Assembly (NCBI GenBank): GCA_963575745.1
Contig: CAUYUJ010000150.1
Coordinates: 62,001-117,595, forward strand
Length of the DNA: 55,595 nt
Direction of reading: 5' to 3'
Origin: Prorocentrum cordatum
Lineage: Eukaryota
Shown here in pieces: positions 41,601 through 52,990 of this stretch; the stretch's first letter is position 1, and each line of letters opens with the position of its first letter. The translations under genes were made by a program, and so were the position numbers. The notes below the pieces were generated by a model. It was given only the letters and a program-made list of their open reading frames with translations. It was not told where the DNA came from and did no database searches.

Positions 41601-44600
41601 AACACGGATTCCACGAGTTCTACCCAGCGCCCCTGAGATAAGTCGAAGCCCGCCATAATGATATCTCGAGCCGAGATCTCACATGCCTCGTTGATTGCGG
41701 AGCCCCACGCCCCCTGAGAGGACCGAGGAGGAGTGGAACGAGAGCCGAGCTCAGGGTTATCACCGAGGAGGATGGAGGAGAGGATCAAGGATACAGCACC
41801 ACAAACCGTAAGCTAATGCCACGCTCCAGGGTGATGACCGAATCGAATGTTGCCGGCGTGGCATGCCCCAAGGCGGACCTGGGGCCTCAAAAAAACTCTG
41901 CCTGGGAACAATCGACCTACTGCTCGACAGGCCCATCCCAAGGGGCCATCTCTCCGTCGACCTCCATTCCCAAGTTGCCGTCAACGCGGCGAGCCGAGAG
42001 GGGGGCAATGGGAAGCAAGGTTTCTGACAGAAGCGCGAGCGCAAATCCCTTCGACTGCTCGTCCGCATCATCGATAGTTCTACCAGCGATGCTCAGCAGC
42101 GCGCCTCCATCGAGGCGGAGCAATTGAATCTTAGCCCTTGCCATCGAGTAGGTATGTTTCTGCCCTATGTGCCTCTGGTCCCCCTGCGCTCGCCTTTCAG
42201 GAAATCGAAACTCGGCGGTGGACCCACCCACGATGGCATAACGGCTGTCGCCCATTGACGAAGGCTGGCTCTTGAGCTGTCGAGCGCCAGCACAAAGAGC
42301 ACGAACTGTATTAGGAGCTGGATACCCACTACCAGCTACAAGCGGCAACAATCGAAAACTGAAACCAGCGTCGAACAAAGGCCAGACGAGAGATAAGCAG
42401 AGCGTCAGGGCCACAAAGTGGAGGATAGAAGATGAGGCGGATCGAGCACGGTGAGAAGGGGAGACAGAAGGAGATGGAGAGGTCATTGCACGAGGAGGCA
42501 GCAGGATAGAAAGGGAGGCGCGCCAGCAGCAGCAGAAGGAGCATCTTGACAAGGAAAGGCTGGATGATGCGGAAAGGTCAGGCAAGCAGAGACGAGGGAA
42601 GAGGAGGGAAGGGCGAAGGAGGGAGAGAGGCTGGCCAGACGCGTAGGAGTAGAAGGGCAGGAGGAAGCGGGGGTGGAGGCGGAGGAACAGGAGGCGGAGA
42701 GAGGGACGGGAGTCATGATATCCTCATCGCCCCCCTCTGTACCCCTGCCCTCCTCATTGCATTCCCTTGCTCCCTCTGCCTTCCCTTCGTCGTCGTCCTC
42801 CTCCCCCATGGTATATCCTCCCTCTCTTCTTCTTCCTCCCCATCCTCCCCATCCCCTCTCTTTCTCTCTATCTCTCGCCACTCACCCTCCATCATACTGC
42901 GTCTCCCTCCTGATATCCACTCCTCGGCTGGATGGGGAGGGGGAGAGGAGACTGCTGAGCTGCGCGGGCCGCGGGCCCGTCGAGCGAGCGGGCGGCCTGG
43001 TGCGCGCCTCAATCACCGATCGCCGAGCTCCGCGAGCTTGTCCCACCAAGTCTCGTACGGCGAGCCCTTCACGGCGCTGTGCGCCTCCATGACGCTCGCC
43101 ACGCTCATGCGACAGGTGGACAATTCGCCCTGCCACCCCGCGCAGAACCCCCACCGCATGCCCTGGCACGGGACAGGCCGAAAAGTGAGGTACACGAAGC
43201 CGGCGGGCAAGACGGCCAACGAACCTTCGCGGATGACCATGGCGAAGTTGCCCTGCTCGCGCGCCAACTGAAGGAGCCCTGCACCAGGAAGGCTCTTCAA
43301 GAAGCCAACGGTCTCGGCCAGGGAGTGCTCCTGCTTCGCCTTGACGCCCACCACCACTTCTTCTCCGCCAGTGACGACCCTGACCTCGCTGAGGCCATAC
43401 GAGGAGGGGCCCGCAGAACAGTGCCCGGCTGGGATCGTATAGATTTGAACTCCGAAGATGTGCTTGTGGAGAGCCTGGTCCTTCGGCGTCACCGGCACGA
43501 AGGCGCTTCGGAAGATAGTCTGGCCATTCGCCTCGTCTTTCACCAACCCCCTCAGCATCATGAGGATTCCAGGCTGAGACACTGCCCCAAAGGCGGGCGC
43601 CGCGCCATCGCTCTCCCAGGACATCACCTTTTCCTTGCACCATTTGGCCAGCGGCTTCCAGTCAGCTGAGGAAAGCAGGGGACCCAGTGAGGCCTTGACG
43701 TCGATGAGGCAAGCGTTCTGGAAGTCGAGGTTGCACAACGAGTTCATCACTCCTACAGGTGCGTCGTGGATCGTAGCTTTTACCATCGTCAGCGCTGGGC
43801 GGTAGTCCTGCGTCTCGCCAATGTCCAGAATCTCTGCCCTCTCTCCAGCCTTGCGTTTCTTGGAAGAGGCACCGCCGCTGGCGGCCTTCGCGAGAAGAGA
43901 CCGACAATTCTGCAACATCTTCGCTGTCAAGACCTGGTGGCAACAATCTTTTTTCTGTTCGGCAGCGATCTTCTTGAAGGCCTCTTTCACACCAGCGACA
44001 GACAAGTCCCAAGCCGGCGAATCGATGTGAGCACAAAGCTTCGAGATTCTGGCTTTGACATTATTGATCTCATCCTGCGCGGCTGTGGAGAGGGCCTCAA
44101 GCTTGTCTTTGAAAGGTTTCCATGGCTCTCCATCTAAATCCGTCGCTGAAATCTTAGATTTCATGTATTCGAGCACGTTGATTCCTTCCGATACCTGGTT
44201 CTCCAAGGCGCTCACCAAGGAACTCTGAAGACGATCCGCCAGCTGCAAGGTACCGAGGCGGACTGTGACTGGATTCACCTTGGCCGCCGCAGCATCCTTG
44301 GCCAAATTTTTTGCCTCGATGTCCTCGAGCGCCTCCATGTGGGCCAAGACCTTCTCCTTCTCCGCCCTCGTAGTCTGATCCTCGATGAAGCTGCCGAGCG
44401 CGCCGTGAAGCTGAGGGGCACAGTCCAGCGTGCCTCTGTACACGCTCTCCAGGAAATCCTCAGGAACAGCAACGTGATCGCGATCCTCCCCTTGGCCGTG
44501 CGACGCCCTCTGGCTCTCCTGGACCGCCGTCAACGCAGCGCCAACGTTCGACGCCATGCTCTGCAAGGCCGTGTCCAGCTCCGTACCAGTGAGGCTCGAC

Positions 44601-47600
44601 GAGCTGCTCTTCGTCAATGACGCCGTCGTCCCCTTCGTCAGCACAGCGTCGTCGATCTCGCCCTGGTACTCCGCGATGAGGTACCCTCCTGGGCGCCGCG
44701 GGTCGGGCTTCACCGTGTACTCACGGCTCATGCACCGCCGACGGAACTCCAGCTGCTGGTCTTTCGGGTTGGTAAACCCCTCCAGCGCCAAGTCCCGCCT
44801 CACCAGGGTCCACGGCTCCCAGTGGGTGCGCTCCCGATGTTGATCCTCGACCTTGGTCTCCGTCGTCGTCACAAGCGTGAGCATCTCGTGCGCTTCCTCG
44901 GGAGGCATGGCAAAGCTGGAGGTGGAGGGGCAGGAACGGGAGGAGGGGGGAGGCGGGAGAAGGGGGAGGGGAGGAGGGAACGAGGGGAAGGGAGGACGGG
45001 GGGAGAGGAGGGGGGAGAGGAGAGGGAGGGAGAAGGGCGAGAGCAAGAGGAGAGGAGACAAGGCAAGAGAGAGGAGGACGCGGGGGAGTGAAAGGTGGGA
45101 AAGGGGGTGCCAGGTGAACGAGCTACGGTGAGGGTGAAAGGGGGTGCGGGGGTGCGGGGGCGCCAGGTGAACTACGACGTGAACGAGCTCAAGGTGGGAA
45201 AGGGGTGCCAGGCGCCCAGGAGTCGGGGGCAGCATAGTGGTGGTCGCTTTCCTCCTCCTCCTCCTTGTCCTGCCTCCTCCCTCGCCGGCCTCCTGCAGAT
45301 TCTACTCCTCCTCCTCCTCCTCCTCCTCCTCCCCCTCATCCTCTTCCTCCTGCTTGCGCCTTTCCCTCCTCCTCCTCCCCCTCACCCCTCGCGCTTCGCA
45401 TCCATCCTCATCCTCATCGTCCTCGCTAGCTTTTCCTTGTCATCCCCATCCCCCCTCTTCCCTCAGCCTCCCCTCACAACCTCATCATCCCATCTCCTCT
45501 TCCTCGCCCTCCTACTCCCTTTACAACGCCATCCGTTGTCCGGCACGGCTGTCTCCCGATGGTCGATGTACCACTGCTGCTGCTCCTTCGCGCTCTTCTC
45601 GGTCCACCAGGGCTTCAGCTGCTTGTTCCGCTTGAACCTGCGCAGCAACGTGCGGCTGTTCCCATAGCATTTCTCGCACAGATCGCGAGCGCATTTGCGA
45701 GAGTCGGCGTCCCGCACGCGCTCGTCCTCTGCGAGCTCCAGGCCGCACTTCTGGCACGTGAAGGCGCCGCTGCAGCTGCCTCCTGCGCCCTCGCCAACGG
45801 GCTCCACGCCATCGAAGTGGATGAACACAGGCGTCGCAGTCCCTCCAACTGGCGTCTTCGGTCCAGATGGAGGCTGAACTGGTGGCCCTTGATGCTGCTG
45901 AACTGGTGGCTGCTGAACTGGTGGCTGCTGATCTGGTGGCTGCTGATCTGGAAGCTGCTGAGGCTGAGGACCTGGTGGCTGCTGAACTGGTGGCTGCTGT
46001 GGCTGCTGAGCTGGCGGCTGCTGATCTGGTTGCTCGGCCGGTGGCTGCTGATCTGCGGGCTGATGACCTGGTTGCTGCTGATGATCTGGCGGCTGCTGAG
46101 CACGTGGCTGCTGATCTGGTGGCTGCCCGCCTGGTGGCTGCTGACCTGGTTGCTGCTGAACTGGTGGCTGCTGATCTGGCGTTTTCTGATTTGGTGGCTG
46201 CTGAACTGGTGGCTGCTGAGCTGGTGGCGGCTTCTGAGCTGGCGGCTGCTCGGCTGGCGGCTGCTCGGCTGGTGGCTGCTGTGGCTGCTGAACTGGTGGC
46301 TGCTCGGCCGGTGGCTGCTGATCTGCGAGCTGCTGACCTGGTTGCTGCTGAACTGGTGGCTGCTGATCTGGCGGCTGCTGACCTGATGGCTGCCCGCCTG
46401 GTGGCTGCTGACCAGGTGGCTGCTGAACTGGTGGCTGCTTGGCGGAGCTGGCGGCTGCTGAGCCGGTGGCTGCCGAGCACGGGGCTGCTGGCGACGCAGC
46501 GGCGGCCTAGTGGAAGCGCCCATCCTCCCTCTCCCCCCCGCGGAGGAGGAGTGGAGGAGGAGGCGGAGGAGAGGAGGAGGGAGGGAGGAGGGAGGGGGGA
46601 GGAGGAGGAGGAGAAGGAGGAGGAGGTGGAGGAGGAGGAAGAAGAGGAGGATGAGGAGGGGGCGGGGGCAGAAGGATCAGGAGGTGGAGGAGGAACAAGA
46701 GCAGGAGGAGGAGGAGGGGAACAATGCGAGCGCGAGAAGGGATGGGAATGGGAATGCAGGAGAAGGAAGATTCATCATCATTCTAGTGTTTCCCCTGGTG
46801 CCCTCCCCTCCTCATCCTCCGCCTCTTTCGGCTCTCCATCCTACTCCTCCTTCTCCTCCCCATTGTCCTCCTGCTCCTTATCCTGCTCCTCCTCCTCCTC
46901 CTCCCTGTCCTCCTCCTTCTCCTCCCCTCAAACCCTCTACTTCCTTCCTCTCCCCTTCTCCTCAAACCCGTGGCCTTCTTCTCGGCGTGCAACACCTTGA
47001 AGCACGACGAGATGCCCTGCCCGCTGGGCACGGGCGGCGGGGGCTTCTTGCCAGGAGCCATTCCACAGGCCGCCGCTCCGCCGCTCGTCACTGGGCGCCG
47101 CCGGGCGCCCGAAGCCAAAATGGCTGTGGACGGGTGGAGGGAGGAGCGGAGGAGGAGGGGCCCGCGCCCGCGCCCAGGACCCCTTTGACCAAATCAAACC
47201 AAGTGACCTGGGGCCAAGAGCGGAGACGGTGACCAGGGACCCCGAACATATTGGATGCAGCGAAGCCCTTGCCCACAAACCAGGCATGAACAGCTGAGCA
47301 AGGCCCCTCCCCCCTGCCCACTAACCAGGCATGAAACCTAGACGACGTATCAGCGCGAGCCAGGCCGCTGGAGGCAAAACGAGATCCCCCCACGTGCTGA
47401 TCCTGGCTGATCCCCACACACCCCTGCCTCCACCTCGCGCCGTCCAATTCGACGCCGTCCTGATTCCTGTCGTTCCTCTTCAGCTCCTCACTCTTAGCTA
47501 CCCCCTTCATCCATTCGTAGTCCTCCCTGAGGCCACCCCTGTGCGCCCGATCGGTTTATCCACCCGTCCTCCTTCTCCTGACCTCCTACTCGTCATCCTT

Positions 47601-48754
47601 CTCGAGGTCCCTCAACCTCCTGATGACCCTCCTCTTGCTGCTGCTCCTCCATCTCCTCCATCTGCTCCTCCTCCACCCTTCCTCCTCCCCCTGGTGCTCC
47701 CCCTCCAACGGCGCCTGCCGGCCGGGGCCGGCCTTCCCGTAGTGCAGGTGGCACTTCTTCGTCCCCATCGACGAGTGGAGCAAGTTGGCAGCCGGGCGCA
47801 GGTCGTCCTGGCTGGGGAGAGGATGGGGGGCGGAAAGAAGGGCGGCCAGGATGAGGTGGATGAACCAATACACAGACACGTACGCGATGCATTGCAGACA
47901 GAAGCCGCGGCGATTATAGGAGGGCCAGGAAAAGAGAAGGATGGGGCAAGGGCGAGGAGGGAGGTGGAGAAGGAGGGTGAAAAGAGGGGGAGACGGAGGA
48001 GGGCAGGATGCGGAGGAGGCCACGAATATTCTGGATACCGCAACAAACAGTCAGCAGGACCAAACGATCAACAGGAGGCTATACAGGAGCGTCAGCAAGA
48101 CAAGGCGCTTTGCATGGCAAGCGTCATTACGCGGGAAGCAGCTGAAGAAAACACAAGAAGAACGCTGTCCGAGATGTCGTACACGTTCACAGCGCACCAC
48201 GGCCACTGCGCCTCCAGCGCCGCCCTCTCAGGGGCGCCGATGCCTCCCCTGCCCGAGGTCGCGCGCGCACTGAGAGCCCACCTCGCTCTGACTCTGACTC
48301 TGCATTTTCAAAATCCACGGGTTCATTCCAGGATATCCGATCGAAACCGGGCCCGTTGGGCCCCCCCCAGGACAACGGATCGGGCCCTGAAAACAAAAGA
48401 AAAGCTGGATCATCACTACATTGTGAATCCGCCCGCCTCTGCATCGATACATGTGCGACGAACGCAGACAAGGGGCTACCAATGATGCATATATCGAGAG
48501 GTTGCTCGCGATTGAAAGCTGGGCTGCCTGTCTCCAAAGACCAGAATGCGTCGAGTAGAAGTGCGATTCCCACGAAAGCTTGCAACCTACGAACACAGCA
48601 CCCCCCCCGTCCAACCAGCACACAACAGCGTCACGCGCATGGGCGTGAGCGGGCGCCCGAAGTCGGGGTACACGGAGCGAGCAACCCAGGGGGCGTCCTT
48701 GCGGACGCAACAGTCTGGAAGAAGAACGGCGTCGGGCCCTCGGGCCAAGGGCAT
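38635..48754 (-). CDS. C5 cytosine-specific DNA methyltransferase, 7 exons: 48754-48616, 48243-48170, 47807-47733, 41123-40959, 40432-40277, 40059-39790, 39576-38635 (1821 nt, 606 aa)
   Basis: All six joins are in frame, with GT, GA, GC, GT, GA, GC donors and AG acceptors, from a gccgccATG start. The spliced protein has motif I RVTLLCAG|IGAPERA, II VNVYDIS|DD, III K|VAGDIL, IV GFPCPPWSFLG (catalytic PC), V DERAQ|V, VI WFLLENVQGI, VIII CHRSRVFIVG, a TRD-type PCLTT, IX RYLTAGEKASAMGF and X VGNSMAV, followed by a QQPP repeat and a short C-terminal extension. Confidence 0.88.
41402..42256 (-). CDS. Possible small spliced hypothetical gene inside DNMT intron 3
   Basis: Two protein-like minus-strand ORF segments, MGDSRYAIVGGSTAEFRFPE...GFALALLSETLLP and GAWGSAINEACEISARDIIMAGFDLSQGRWVELVESVFNWDCVPLYVVPRF plus an acidic tail. 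The splice junction was not resolved. Confidence 0.4.
43013..47061 (-). CDS. Nested ~978-aa protein, exons 47061-46975, 46506-45541, 44896-43013: Q/P repeat, CxxC-x23-CxxC-type zinc finger, helical middle region, degenerate JmjC/cupin-like C-terminus
   Basis: In-frame joins are AAG|GC..TAG|GCC and CCG|GA..GAG|GAA (the second is less certain). The protein has CQKC...CEKC, a 628-codon open last exon, and a C-terminal EVRVVTGGEEVVVGV...AMVIREGSLAVLPAGFVYLTF...GMRWGF that resembles the beta-strand pattern of a double-stranded beta-helix. Confidence 0.75.
45860..46480 (-). repeat. Coding minisatellite, ~15-bp unit cagcagccacca(gtt/gat/gcc) = QQPPx
   Basis: Directly visible. The same repeat family occurs at ~38985-39180 and ~51110-51315. 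Confidence 0.95.
47109..47130 (-). other. Degenerate spliced-leader relic (TCCACAGCCATTTTGGCTTCGG) about 50 nt upstream of the nested gene's ATG
   Basis: 17/22 identity to DinoSL with an exact 13-nt core AGCCATTTTGGCT, on the correct strand and in the expected position. Confidence 0.7.
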
Positions 48755-49059
48755 GGCGGCACGCGGCCGTGGGCTGGCGGCGCCCACGGCCCAAAAGGGG
48801 CCCGCCCAGCGGTGGAGGGGGCGGGCCAGACGCCCCTCAGCCACAAGGGCTGCAGGCGTTCAAGAGGCCTCAACAGGCCAGCAACGCCAGGCCCATCCAC
48901 GACGACCCCCTTCCAATGCGCTCGTGGGAACGCGCTCTTTCGAAGAAGCCCTGAAAGAAATCCACCCCTGCTGAGACATATCTCCAGGAGTGCACTCGAC
49001 GTCCCAAGATCAATGCGAAACAACCTGGCAAAGACCAGGAACACCAAACGGAAGATGAG

Positions 49060-49107
<48 letters not shown>

Positions 49108-49449
49108 GAGAGAGGCGCGACGATAAAAGAGCGAGGGGGAGGAGAAAGAGAGATGGGAGAGAGGGGGCGCGCACCAGGTGGGGAGGAGAAAGAGAGAGGG
49201 AAGAGAGAGGGAAGAGAGAGAGAGGGGATATGTCGAGAGAGAGAGAGAGAGAAGGATAGCAGGTGGCTTCACTGACTGTTCCTCGACCCTTCCTCGATCC
49301 TCACTCCTCGACGCGCTGCTCATAGACCGTCCGAGTCTTCTTCAGGTGCCGCAAGTGCCCTCGCGCCTGAACCTGTGATTGCCAACGCCTGAAACCGCAA
49401 GAAGGACTCAACTTGAAATCCCCAAATCCTCGCCCTCACAGCGCCTCGG

Positions 49450-49800
49450 TCCCGAACCCAACCCAGATCCCCCCGGACAACCCCCGACCACACCCCCGAC
49501 CAACCCACCCACCGACCACCCCGACCCACCCCCCGACCACCCCCGGCAACCCCCCGACCACCCCCCGACCACCCAACGACACCCCCCGGACCACCCCCGA
49601 CCACCCCCTCCGACCACCCCCCGATCCACCCACGACACCCCAACGACCACCCCCCCGAACAAACCCACGAGCCACACCCCGAACCACCCCCGACACCCCC
49701 CCCGCACCACCCCCCGACCAACCACGACCACCCCCGACACCCCCCGACCACCCCCCGACCATCCTCGACCACCACTCGACTACGCCAGACCACGCCCCAC
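49450..49800. repeat. C-rich ccccgaccac-type minisatellite followed by (GAC)n-rich low-complexity sequence
   Basis: Directly visible. Confidence 0.85.
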
Positions 49801-50867
49801 CAATATTGCCAGGCACCATCCGCAGACATGGCGACGCCGAGGTCGACGACGTGCCCGATCAGGGAAGAATGTAGAGCGAACGAAGCGATGGAGACACGAC
49901 CAGCGATGAAGTCGACGACGAGGACGACATCGACGCATCCGACGACAACATGAACGACGACGGCGGCGACAACGTCTGCCAACGACGACGATGACGACGA
50001 CGTCAGGCGCAACGCCGCCTAGATTGCAAGACGACGACGTAACGATCAAGGCGACGGCTGACAACGACGACGACGACCAGTGACCAGAGCGCAAGAGAGA
50101 GCAAGCATTTCAGACTCCGCTCGGGTAGGTCAGGCGACCCCAACTCCGCCCTCGCCGAGGAGTCTGAAGGCCTCCATCACTTCAGCGTCGTCAGGCCTGC
50201 GGGCGCGGCATGGGGGGGGTGTCGTCGGCAGCGCGGCAAGGGAAGCGCATGCAAGTGGAGGGTTGGAGGAGAGAGAAGACGACGACGTCTGATAACGATG
50301 GCGCGGAGGCAGGGGGCACGACGACTTCAAATAATGAGCAGAGGGAAAGAGAGGATGAATACGATTTCTGATCACGACTTCTGATAGTGGTGGCTGCGAT
50401 GGCAAGGATAGGGATAGGAAGAGGAAACACGCTTGCGAATATAACGAGGGAGCGTGGTGAACGATGATTGCGACGCAGGCAGGGCGAACGTGGAGGGAGA
50501 AGAGGAATGAATAGGTCGGTAGGTCGGTAGGAGGAGGACGTAAGATGTATGCCGAGGTAGGGTGGATGGAGGACCGAATGAAGAGGTCATTTCAAAGGCG
50601 ACCGACGACGGACACTACGGCGGCGACGATGACCGATCATCAGGCACGTGATGAGTATGGTGGTTACGACCGCTACGAACGATGGACGATGACAACAGTG
50701 ATGACAAGATGGCAAGTTGGCACTCGCTCGGGGACCTCGAGCATGGGTGTGCACGAGGTGCAAGTCCATCGCGGTCCGAGCATGGGGCGGCACACGGGCC
50801 GCGCAAGCTGGCCAAAGGCGAAGACGCACGGGCCGCAGGAGCCAGCTAAGGAGCGGCGGAGCAGTGC

Positions 50868-52354
50868 TCAATCCTCCGCGAAGATCTCCCGAAGCTCCTG
50901 CCTGAGCGAACAGTCGGCGACATCGCTGGGCGCTTCGTCAGCGGCTTGCGATGTCTCCGTGGGCGACGGCGGCAGCGCGGTCCAGCCCTCCGCGGTTTTG
51001 ACAACGGCAACGGGCCTGGGCAACGGCGGCGTCTTCGGGACCCCAGGCAAGCGGAACCTCGGCTCGTTGAACACATCATCACGCGGAGGCTGCGGAGACT
51101 TCGGCTGCGCAGCACGTGGCTGCTGATCTGGTGACTGCCCGCCTGTGGGCTGCTGACCTGGTTGCTGCTGAACTGGTGGCTGCTGATCTGGCGTGTCGGC
51201 TGGCGGCTGCTCGGCTGGTGGCTGCTGTGGCTGATGAACTGGTGGCTGCTCGGCCGGTGGCTGCTGATCTGCGAGCAGCTGACCTGGTTGCTGCTGAACT
51301 GGTGGCTGCTGAACCGTCGGCCCCTGCATTTCGGAGACGTCCTCGATTGTGAAGGGCGTGATGTCGAACGCAGGCGACGTACCCTCCGCGACCCTGGAGA
51401 CGCACACGAGCCGGCCACTCTTCGCGATTTTCCTAGGAGGGGAAACAGCATCGGGATTTGGATGGAACGCTTCCAACGCGGCCTCCGTGATCGCTGGCAA
51501 GGTGCCCGACCCCACGTCGACGACTTTGGAGTTCGCGATGGCGGTCGGCAGCGGCGACCTCGAGGCTCCAGGGGCGGATGAGTGCATCAACGAACTTCCT
51601 CTCATCCACCATCTCCTCCACCTCCTCCTCCTCCGCCTTCTCCCCCTTAGCCCATCCCCCCTCCTCGTACTACTAGCCCCTCCCCTCCTTCTCCTCATCC
51701 TCCTCGTCCTACTCCTCCTCCTCGTCCATCCAACTCCTCCTTCTCCTCCTCCTCATCCTGCTCATCCTCCTTGTCCTCGTCGTCCTCCTCCGCCTTCCCT
51801 CATCTTCCTGCTGCGATTGCACGCCCAACGTGGAAACGACCCAAAGACCCAAGGTGACCTGGTCGGGCTGCTCCGCGCCATCTTGCTGAATGACGGGCTA
51901 CCCTTCAGATCCCCCTGAGAGCAGGGCAGAGGCGCGGGGCGGAGGTCACCCGCGCTGTCGTCGCCCTGAGGGGCAGGCCATCGGTCGCGTGCTCAGCCAA
52001 CCCTGACCCTGCCCCCACCTCCCACCCCCACTGTCAAAGGAAGGACAGCGGGTGCGAGGGCAAAGCTGACCGAACACGGACCACCCCCAGGACAGTTACA
52101 ATGGGCCATCAACCTACATCCCCTTGCCCCTGCCCTTTGCCCTCCGTGGGATGCTCCTTCTTCCAGGGGCTCATGTCGCTCAACGCCTGGCTGTCCTCTT
52201 CGCCCTGGGTGTCGTGCAGCGGCGGCGGCGGGTAGCTGCCCGCGGCGACGTCCGAACCCGAAGGCGACGGCACCTCGGCGCGCAGACGCTTGTCCGCGGG
52301 CGACCTGCCGAGCTGGCCCAGCGCCGGGCGCTTGTCGCCAGAAGACGTGGACAT
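50868..52354 (-). CDS. Low-complexity hypothetical protein (~320 aa) with QQPP repeat; exons 52354-~52145, 51914-51859, 51558-50868
   Basis: ctcgccATG start (MSTSSGDKRPALG...). The join AG|GTcacc..AG|GTcgcc is in frame (SPT-R-SPLPTAIANSK). The first donor is uncertain. Confidence 0.6.
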
Positions 52355-52990
52355 GGCGAGAGAGAAGCTGAAGTGAATGCAATGGGGGCGACGCCAACGC
52401 GGCCTTGCGGCGCACCCCTCTCTCGTGGGCCCTGCAGAGGGCCCATGAGGGAGGGTGCCTCCCTCTGGCTTCCAGAAGGCACCGCGACCCACGAGGCTTC
52501 TACCCCCACCATCCCTGAAGCCCGAGCCCGCCGAAACGAAATTGCGCTGGCCCGCCGTCAGCGCGTCTTGAGAGAGATATGGGAGTGGAGTGGACTGCCA
52601 TCGTCAACGGTGCCGCATGTCATATGTTTGTCATGCTTGCCTTGCTTGCCGTGCTTGCCCCCTTCTCCTCCTCCACCTCTTCGCCCTCCTCAGCCACCAG
52701 CCCCATTGTTCGCGCGTGGCGAGTCATCGTTTCCTCGCGATGAGAGGATGAAGAGAAGGAGGACGAGGCGGAGGAGGACGGACGGACGAGGAGGAGGAGC
52801 TGGAGGAGGAGCTCGGAGGAGGAGAAGGAGGAGGAATACGAAAAGTTGCCATGTTGCCAGCGTCGCGCTTGCCATTGCATCGTGGTTTCCGTCGTCATGA
52901 TCGTCATTCGTGTCACCGCCATCATGGTGTCATTCACCGTAATGACACCATCGTCGACATGAAATCGTCATCATCGTCCGCCGTCGCCAG

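Noticed and set aside
44897..45235. Listed start of the 740-aa ORF 43013-45235
   Set aside because: The first ~110 codons translate a pyrimidine-rich tract (L/S/P-rich) that is better explained as an intron. The upstream Zn-finger exon supplies the N-terminus.
45521..47000. Alternative-frame ORFs over the repeat (AAELV..., LLNWW..., AATSS..., SSHQ...)
   Set aside because: These are shadow frames of the minisatellite. Only the QQPP frame links the splice acceptor at 46506 to the Zn-finger coding sequence.
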